NCBI GenBank assembly: GCA_951406725.2
Contig: OX597820.1
Span: 52,390,001-52,454,000, forward strand
Reading direction: 5' to 3'
Source: Octopus vulgaris
Taxonomy: Eukaryota
Length of the DNA stretch: 64,000 nt
The notes under the pieces were generated by a model. The model had not been told where the DNA came from and made no database searches. It was given only the letters and a program-made list of their open reading frames with translations. A program made the translations under genes and the position numbers. Below are positions 54,985 through 64,000 of this stretch, piece after piece. How positions within the stretch are numbered: position 1 is the stretch's first letter; every line of letters starts with the position of its first letter.

Positions 54985-55870
54985 GAAACAAGAAAATAGA
55001 TCTTATAAAGGTATAGACACTATAATGTCACCTCAATTTATCCAACACATTCAAGTTATCGATGATGATGCCGGAAAATCAATAAGACCCATCATCAAAA
55101 AACGTCACGTAAGGAAGTGGACGATCAAAACCGTTCTGCTGGAGAACATTCGATACAAATCATCTGAACTGTGTGAGAAGCTGATTTGTGTCTGCAAAGA
55201 CATAGAAAATCTGTTTGATCCGTTCCAAGCAGTTACTTAAGGATGTTAAAATCCCTTACCAATATGGCATGCATTGATTCATCTTTAATGAAGAAAACAT
55301 CGACCAAAGATAAAAATATATGAGAAATGACAGAGGGTTACGTGTAGATCCTTCAGATATCTCCAGGGCGGTGCACATAATATTTCCCCAAAACTGGGAC
55401 TTTTATGCGTGAAGAGTAACGAAAATTAAGTAAATCAACATCATATATTCCTAAAGGTTTTATAATTAATGTTGCTGGACCCACTGAGGCACTGGATACA
55501 GTCTTAAAGACCTGGATTAATGAATTATTGAATGAAAGCCATAAATGTTTCAATAAATCTCGGCACCTTCTCACAAACCCCAGCCTCCCAAGAATAGATT
55601 TCAGCTAATCTTTGCAATTATCAAATTTGTTGCAATTTATTGAACTTGTAGCTTCTAAGAACTCAATAATTATATTCCTGTACTTCTAAATATGGCGCAT
55701 TGTTCAAAGAGAGACTAATCAACATCCTAAGAACACCAAAACCCTATTGAAGGCCGCGATTGTACAGGTGATGTCCGAAGTGAATAAAAACCATTCAGTG
55801 CATGTGTGTGAACACTATCGGACCCACATTCATGGAGTCATCGAAGCTGAAGACAGAATAATGTTATAAG
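54985..55870 (+). mobile_element. DD37D (maT)-like transposase fossil
   Basis: SPQFIQHIQVIDDDAGKSIR..ENIRYKS and IWRIVQRETNQHPKNTKTLLKAAIVQVMSEVNKNHSVHVCEHYRTHIHGVIEAE, with unrelated sequence at ~55350-55690. Confidence 0.6.
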
Positions 55871-55986
55871 AAATTGCAATCAGAACATGTTCACAAATAT
55901 TTAATAATATACGTTTGGTTTTACTTCCTTTTTGTATCTGGTTTGCAAGGTTCCTTATGTGAATTCGTGTGTTGAAGCATATTTTA

Positions 55987-56308
55987 TTGTGTCTTCTGGA
56001 AGTTATTTCGTCTTTACGCATAGTTAAATATAACACACTCCCCGGTTCGATTTCCACTCAATGGATTTTTATATATTTTTTCTTCCAGAATTGTTGTTGT
56101 TTCTTACAACCTTTTCAGTAGTTGTTTACTCTGTCCGTTATCGGAACGCAGCTCCGATAACGGACAGATAACTATTGAGAAGGTTGCAAGAAGCAATGAA
56201 AATTCTGTAAGAGAAAATATAAAAGTATAAATAAATTGAGTGGATATAGAACCGGTGAGTGTGTTGGTTAGTAAGGCGTAAAGACAAAATGACTCTCCCC
56301 AGACACAA
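55987..56308. repeat. ~320-bp foldback palindrome (MITE-like)
   Basis: Perfect core TCTGTCCGTTATCGGA-acgcagc-TCCGATAACGGACAGA (56130-56168); imperfect arms extend out to TTGTGTCT / AGACACAA. Confidence 0.85.
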
Positions 56309-56524
56309 CATGAGGCTTTCTTTTATCCTATAGTCATTTTATTAAATTATCAGATATTCTTACATCCTCTGTTTATATACACGGTATGACCGACTTCATT
56401 CTCGCTCTCGATTCTCTTAACAAAGTTTTTTTTTATATAGATATTTACAATGAAAACGTAGTGATATTATTTAGCAAGACCTCTAGGAACTACATTATTG
56501 TAAGAATGAAGATGAATGTTGTGT

Positions 56525-56601
<77 letters not shown>

Positions 56602-59143
56602 ATTAATGAAGGAGAATTTTGTGAAGAAGATACAACACATGCAAGCAGTTAGATTCTTAACACCGTGGGTCACTGCAGAGCGCATTAATAAAAGTTAGTA
56701 GCTCACTTCACATGGAAATATTAAATATCAGTTGTAAAATTGTATATTTCGAAGATATTGGTGACTGTTGGTAAAAGATCTACCTTAACCTTACTCATCT
56801 GAAATAAAATTATGAGAAAACTTTCCTTAACTTTCTGAAGCATTAGTGTGGATTTTCAAAAGGCATTAAAAAAAAAACAAAAACATTGGTTCACCTTCCG
56901 TTTGAGAAACACTGCCCTTGGTGTAATGGCGATGAAAGTGACAGCAAAAGGAAGCATACAGTTCTGGGGTTATTAACTCAATTATGAAAGCGAATGAATA
57001 TTATCACTTAGCTGCTCTTTTGCGTATGTGTCGATATGATATAAAGGCATATGTGGGTCGCGTTCGTGTCTGCAAATCTCAGGCAAAAATTTCTTTATGT
57101 TCTAGAAAGCTAAATTTAACCTTTATGCGAACTATATTGTTTTTGATGTTGACCGAAATACTTTATATTTCAACACTAAAGCATGTGGATGCTATGATTG
57201 TCGAAATGTTTAATTTGTTGATCTGTTAATTGTACGTATATACTGTCACACACAGAAATGGCTGCAATGTCCACGTTTTGGTAATGGTGACTTTGTAAAT
57301 GCAAACTACCGATCCCTTTCCGCTTCCTGTCTTACTCTATCAAATTTTCACTTCACACGTGATAGGCGTGCCACTTCATGAAGCTGTTTCATTATCTCTT
57401 TCGAAGATAATGTTACCTGAAGTCACTGTTCCTCACAGAAACACAGTGGCCATTCCGTTATTCGTCCTCTTCTCACCTTATGATGAAAGTATCTATCCCA
57501 AAACAGTTAAAGTTGCTTACATAGGGAAGGTAGGCTACAGAAAAATTAGTCGATCAAACTGACCCAAGCCTTTGGTTTTTACTTCGACATTGGCCGATTC
57601 GTACTCAGGGCATTCAAACACGAGGCATTCTATTCTACGTCGTAGAACAACAATTTTCTACCTCATTACCCGTAAGTTATAGCACAATGATGGAAAAAAC
57701 ACTTAGGAAGGAAGATTCGGAATGAAAATATAGAAATACCTGAATTAATTGCAAATTAATAATTTTCAAAAAATATGAAAATTCACTAACTGCCACGCTT
57801 ATTGTTGGTGTTAATTTTCATTTTAGAATAAGAATGAGTCTTACTACGTCTGAAATGTGCATACTCTGAGATCAGTGTCAAATGCTTTAAATCGGGTCTT
57901 TTTATCGTTTACGTGTGGTGGAACTTTCAGTAGTTATCAAATGTGGACGGCTCTAAACACAGTTTTGCCTTCGAGCCACTCGATACAACTCATAAATAAG
58001 TATCAGCAATTTTATTCACTGTAAACTGAACAAAATCAAAGAATTTTTCCTGGTTATAGTCAAATATTTCTGCCATGTGTTAAGCATGTGGAACTGTGTA
58101 TAGACTTTTATAATATGCCTATGTAGCATTCGTCGACGGTACGACGACCACAGATTTGAAGTCCAAACTAAAATTAATCTAAAGCGCGTATATTAGTAAC
58201 TGAGAACAACAGGGGTTCACTATAGCGTCACAGCGTGTTGTGGCGGCACGTGTGCTTCAGCATGTCTATGGAGGGGTGAAAAAAAAACCGCCACACAAAT
58301 GCAATAATATGCAGTGGAAGTATGTCTAATAGCCCATGTGCAACTTCCACTCATGTAATGTTGTAACACATGTAGTATCAATGCTTGCTCTCCAAAAATC
58401 GATATAGGACCAACAATTATTCTAGACTTCAAAAATGACAATACAATATTAAAACAGTACTTATTGACAATGGATCGTGAATATTTATTGAATTTAGAAG
58501 CCCATTAGAGATGGAAAACTTAAAATCTATTCATGTATTTATTTTCCTTTTTTTATTGTAGGTTATTTCATTTATTTTAATTCTAATATGAAAATTAAAC
58601 ATATTAAGTTGCTCTTTTTTCACACAGCATCTCATACGCACACAACTTTTAACGATTATTACATCTTTTAAAGTTTAATGTGTAATTTCTATTTCTAAGT
58701 ATTTTTTTTTTTTTATGTTTTGCTCAAAATATGCAATGATTCGGGATTAATTAAAACTGGCGTCGTATTTTAAGGCGACAAGCTTCAAGAGAACATTTGT
58801 AACATTATGGATACCTTCTGATAAACGGTTTCGTTTCAGTCCAATAGCACATGTAGTAGTAGTAGTCGTACATCCTAAAGCTATAATACACAATAGTTGT
58901 TATTTACTGAAATATTTCTTTCACATGTACAGCTTAAACATTATTTCGTCCCCAGTAATCCTTGAGCTCTAAGCAGCAATATCGCTAATGCTGATTCCAA
59001 AATTTGGCAAAAGGCCAGCAAGCTCGAGGGAAGGGAGCAAGTTGATTAAATGACCCCAATGTTCAACTACTACTTATCTTATCGACCCCGACAGGATACA
59101 ATATTGCTAATATAAGAAATGAGATATTAATGTATCTACGTGC

Positions 59144-59427
59144 AAAGGCGAAGAGCTGCCACAACGTTAGCACGCCGAGCAAAATGATTTATTCTTTATT
59201 TATATTTTTTATTCTTTTAATTGTTTCAGTCATTTGACTGCGGCCATGCTGGAGCACCGCCTTTAGTCGAATCAAATCAACTCCAGGACTTATTCTTTGT
59301 AAGCCTAGTACTTATTCTATCGGTCTCTTTTGTTTAATCGTTAAGTTACGGGAATGTAAACACAGCAGTATCGGTTGTCAAGCGATGTTGTGGGGACAAA
59401 CACAGACACACAAACATATACACACAC

Positions 59428-59472
<45 letters not shown>

Positions 59473-59790
59473 ACGGGCTTCTTTCAGTTTCCGTCTACCA
59501 AATCCACTCACAAGGTTTGGTCGGCCCGAGGCTATAGTAGAAGACACTTGCCCAAGGTGCCACTCAGTGGGACTGAACCCGGAACCATGTGGTTGGTAAG
59601 CAAGCTACTTACCACACAGCCACTTCTGCGCCTATATATGCTTTGCAGCACTTCGTCTGTCTTTACGTTCTACGTTCAAATTCTACCAAGGTTGATGTTG
59701 CCCTTCATCTTTTCGGGGTTGATAAATGACGTACCAGCCGATCACTAGGGTTGAAGCAACCCGCTAGTCAACCACCACAAAATGCTTGCC
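59144..59790 (+). mobile_element. SINE family B interrupted by an antisense SINE family A (59190-59632)
   Basis: The B head ..GTTAGCACGCCGAGCAAAATG stops at ~59186 and resumes ATGCTT..TTCGTCTGTCTTTACGTTCTACGTTCAAATTC at ~59638. Confidence 0.85.
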
Positions 59791-60083
59791 ATTGAAACCA
59801 ATGTATCTATATACTCCTGTTTCAGATCACGTGATAGATTTTATGTATATTGGGGAGGGGAATACGTCTGAGTATCGCCTTAAATTTGCTAATGATGTGT
59901 TGTGGGTTCCCCTCCAGATATCTAACCTCTCATTATGAGGTGATGTGAATTTTTTATACAATAATATTTGTCATACGCTCTGCAAAGGACAATATTCATA
60001 ACTGACTGACAAATATAAAAGATTGGTTAAATGTGAGAATAGGATATATACATGCATGTAAGTGTTTGGACAGATATATGAGA

Positions 60084-60128
<45 letters not shown>

Positions 60129-60134
60129 TCATAC

Positions 60135-60410
60135 ATGCTGATGTTAACATAAAGTTGAAGATTAATGCAAAAGTGCATATCTACGCTGAACTATTGAGAA
60201 ATTTGCAGTTACTCTATCCAGGTTACAAGATCAGGTTTATACTTGTAATCATTTGGGTCCCTTAGATATGTAACACACTGCCTAAGTACCAGTCTTGAGA
60301 AACTATGCTCTCCAAACCCAAAAGGAAAAAGCTAATTTAATGACTATACATCCAATCCATCACTGGAACTGTAAATATCTGTAAAACTTGCCAGAAGTTT
60401 ATCATTTAAA
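60135..60410 (+). mobile_element. Second RLE-type LINE family 3' fragment
   Basis: ADVNIKLKINAKVHIYAELLRNLQLLYPGYKIRFILVII; homologous to 25425-25690; flanked by (TA)n/ATAC. Confidence 0.7.
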
Positions 60411-60429
60411 TATATATATATGTGAGCAT

Positions 60430-60647
60430 TAAAATTAAAAATGGGAAAAATTGATGGTAAAAATTGATGGTAAATTTTTTTTAAATCGTAGACTCATCGT
60501 AGACGCGCGCTAATAACCAGAAGGGCTCGATATGAATCACGACTATAAGATACCCGGTTTTGGTTAAACTGCACCGCAAAATGTGGGAGTAGTTAGGAAT
60601 CTAAATCGTAGGAGACAGACACACAACCTTACTTTTATATATAAAGA
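60430..60647 (-). mobile_element. Probable Helitron 5' end
   Basis: The minus strand begins A|TCTTTATATATAAAAGTAAGGTTGTGTGTCTGTC, typical of non-autonomous invertebrate Helitron 5' termini; the 3' hairpin/CTRR was not seen. Confidence 0.5.
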
Positions 60648-60832
60648 TATTTTTAATAATATATTATATAGGTATGTTGATGCAAATAGGTAAAATAGTA
60701 CTCAATTGAGTATATGTCTATTTTTATTAGTATTTAGTACCTGTAATAGTGTGAGAGCTTCGTGCAGTGGCACTTGATAGGCGCCAACGCACGAAAATCT
60801 CGGACCTTTAGTCATTCTGTTACTTCCGCTAA

Positions 60833-60990
<158 letters not shown>

Positions 60991-61016
60991 GGATAGATAG
61001 ATAGATAGATAGACAG

Positions 61017-61047
<31 letters not shown>

Positions 61048-61629
61048 CGTGTGTTTGTGTGTGTGTGTGTGTGTGTAAGGGACAATACCGACAAGAACCT
61101 AAACCCTCCTAGGCCTATACTCGGTGGAATATCGTAGATGCAACAGTGAATCGTTCTAACAAGCGCTCTGCTGCCATTTAGTTTCAGTTGAGTAAATTCA
61201 TGCTCTGTGCACCAAGTATTTCAGGAATAGAACCCAGAAATTCATGATGATAAGCCCAACTCATTAACTATTTAGCCACGTGCTTTCATATTCAGACACA
61301 CGCACACGCACACACACACACGCACACACACACGCACACACACGTACTCACTCAAACATACACACATGTGGATATATGTAAGCATGTGCAACTGCGTGTT
61401 TTATTTTAATGTATATTTATATTCATTTATTTCAAATAGCTCTCCATATATCTCTGCATAGAAATATACACAGCTTTATCTCATTCTCTCGCTTTTTTTC
61501 TTTCTCACTATCTCTGTCTCTCTCTCTCTCTGTCATTGTATCTATCTACTTATCTAGATAGATAGATATATACATTCATACATGCATACATATATTCATA
61601 TGTATGTATACACACACACACACACACAT

Positions 61630-61697
<68 letters not shown>

Positions 61698-61757
61698 TTA
61701 TGTACATACATATATATGTATATTTATATATCTACAAATATCTATATATGTAAATTT

Positions 61758-61799
<42 letters not shown>

Positions 61800-61859
61800 C
61801 ATATATATATATATACGCATATATATATATACATATATATACAAGCACACGCAAACACA

Positions 61860-62296
61860 CACAGAGTAAGGTACAGTTTCTCTACACACACATCCCCACG
61901 CACACACACATACACACACGAACACACACATACATACACACACACACACGTGCTATCATTACACACACACGCACAGACCAGCACGCACGCACGCACCCAC
62001 ACATACACACACACACATACCTCCTTGTCTTGCACTCTCCTGTCTTTGAAAGAACTTTTTCTTCACCCATTCCCTTCCGGTCATTTCAAGATGTGACCGC
62101 GTGTGTATCGTTGGCGATTTTCTTTCTCCGTCTTCCCTTCCTTGGACTTTTCCTTTTTCTATGTTTCTGAGGAAGAGCTCAGGCTCGAAACGTTAAGTCC
62201 TCCTTCTTTCTTTCCTTTCCTGAGCGTCCAATATCACTATACGTGTTCCACTTCCTCGCATTTTTGTGTTTTCTCTTTGTTCATGTTTGGATTAAC

Positions 62297-62297
<1 letters not shown>
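61860..62297 (+). mobile_element. Family H hammerhead element
   Basis: 62161-62197 ATGTTT-CTGAGGA-A-GAGC-TCAG-GCTC-GAAAC-GTT; then TTCCTGAGCG and GTTTGGATTAAC-(TA)n. Confidence 0.8.
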
Positions 62298-62382
<85 letters not shown>

Positions 62383-62384
<2 letters not shown>

Positions 62385-62547
62385 CGCAGAAGTGGCTGTG
62401 TGGTAAGTAGCTTGCTAACCAACCACATGGTTCCGGGTTCAGTCCCACTGCGTGGCATCTTGGGCAAGTGTCTTCTGCTATAGCCCCGGGCCGACCAATG
62501 CCTTGTGAGTGGATTTGGTAGACGGAAACTGAAAGAAGCCTGTCGTA

Positions 62548-62618
<71 letters not shown>

Positions 62619-62830
62619 TTGTGTGTCTGTGTTTGTCCCCCAGCATTACTTGACAACCGATGCTGGTGAGTTTACGTCCCCGTCATTTAGCGGTTCGGCA
62701 AAAAAGACCGATAGAATAAGTACTGGGCTTACAAAAGAATAAGTCCCGGGGTTGAGTTGCTCGATTAAAGGCGGTGCTCCAGCATGGCCGCAGTCAAATG
62801 ACTGAAACAAGTAAAAGAGTAAAAGAGAGT
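62383..62830 (+). mobile_element. SINE family A, full length
   Basis: GGCGCAGAAGTGGCTGTGTGGTAAG (A box)..GGGTTCAGTCCC (B-box-like), internal (TA)n(TG)n, tail GACTGAAACAAGTAAAAGAG(TAAAAGAG). Confidence 0.92.
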
Positions 62831-63262
62831 ATATGCAGAGTAAAAATGAGAGTGAGACAATGTTTATATCTAGTCAAATAAATCTTCCATTCTGTCACAC
62901 GCAACATAAGCACAAATAAACACACAGGACACAATCATATACAAGTATGTATGCATGGAAGCGAGGGAGATTCTGCTCGAATTTGATGTATTTCTATGTC
63001 AGTATGTGCATATCTGTGAGTGAATACTTTTACATATTTATCTATCAGCTTCTGCGTGTGTGTGTATGTGTGCATGTTTGAGTGTGTAAAATAGTATTCT
63101 TTCTAACGATTATACACATAGCTAAAGATTATATTTGCTTATATCCCTATACATTCCCTCTCTCTCCCTCCCTTTTCGTCTATCTCTTTCATTCTCTCTC
63201 ACTTTCTCTGCTTCTCCCTGTCTCTTTCCCTCACACGCGTACGCTTACATATGGACTTGCAG

Positions 63263-63307
<45 letters not shown>

Positions 63308-63363
63308 ATATATATGTACACACACATATATATACATATATATATATATATACACATATATAT

Positions 63364-63398
<35 letters not shown>

Positions 63399-63561
63399 CA
63401 CACATTATATGCACACACATACATATATATGCAAAAAGATATATATATATATATACATACATATGTACACACACACGTATATATAGCTGCATATACATGC
63501 ATATAGATACATATATACATATACACATACATATATATGAACATACATCCATGAATATGCA

Positions 63562-63619
<58 letters not shown>

Positions 63620-64000
63620 TACAGAAATATATAAACACAAGTATATATATATATACATATATATGTATGTATGTATGTATGTGTGTGTATGTATGTATGC
63701 ATGTATGTATGTATGTAAGTATTTTTATGTATATGTATCCGTTATGAATTTATTTATATACAACGCTGTCTTTCGAGAGTAAACAGCACCCAACTGTAAT
63801 AGACTGTAGTTAACTTTAATTTCATGCCTGTTGCAAATGAAGTGGAGCATTCCCAAATATATATTTAATGACAATAACACAGACTACCCAAACTTTAATC
63901 TCTCTTACAAAGGAAGTTGTCAAAAACAACAACAAAAACAACACCATCATCACACCACCACGAACAGGAACAGCAGCTACAGCAACAGCAAATAACGTTC

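Overview
AT-rich eukaryotic non-coding DNA, very dense in microsatellites ((AT)n, (AC)n, (AG)n, (ATAG)n, (ATAC)n, (AAT)n, (AAG)n). The repeat landscape resembles an octopus/coleoid genome, which is an inference. I found no intact host protein-coding gene: nearly all listed ORFs are microsatellite or SINE artefacts. The window is a transposon graveyard. It holds at least five tRNA-derived SINE families, fossil RTE and CR1/jockey-like LINEs, two restriction-like-endonuclease (R4/Dong-type) LINE families in simple repeats, Tc1, mariner, DD37D(maT)-like and hAT remnants, a hAT MITE with 8-bp TSD, a probable Helitron end and a tRNA-Asp pseudogene. The most interesting signal is a microsatellite-associated Penelope-like retroelement system with four parts: (1) two GIY-YIG Penelope-like (PLE) fragments; (2) several short non-coding elements ending in (TA)n that carry hammerhead ribozyme cores; (3) a tRNA-headed SINE whose tail carries a hammerhead and PLE-type inverted ends; (4) two divergent partial-tandem elements sharing a covarying, pseudoknotted RNA fold that I cannot assign to a known class. 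All calls were made by eye, and most boundaries are approximate (+/-10-30 bp).
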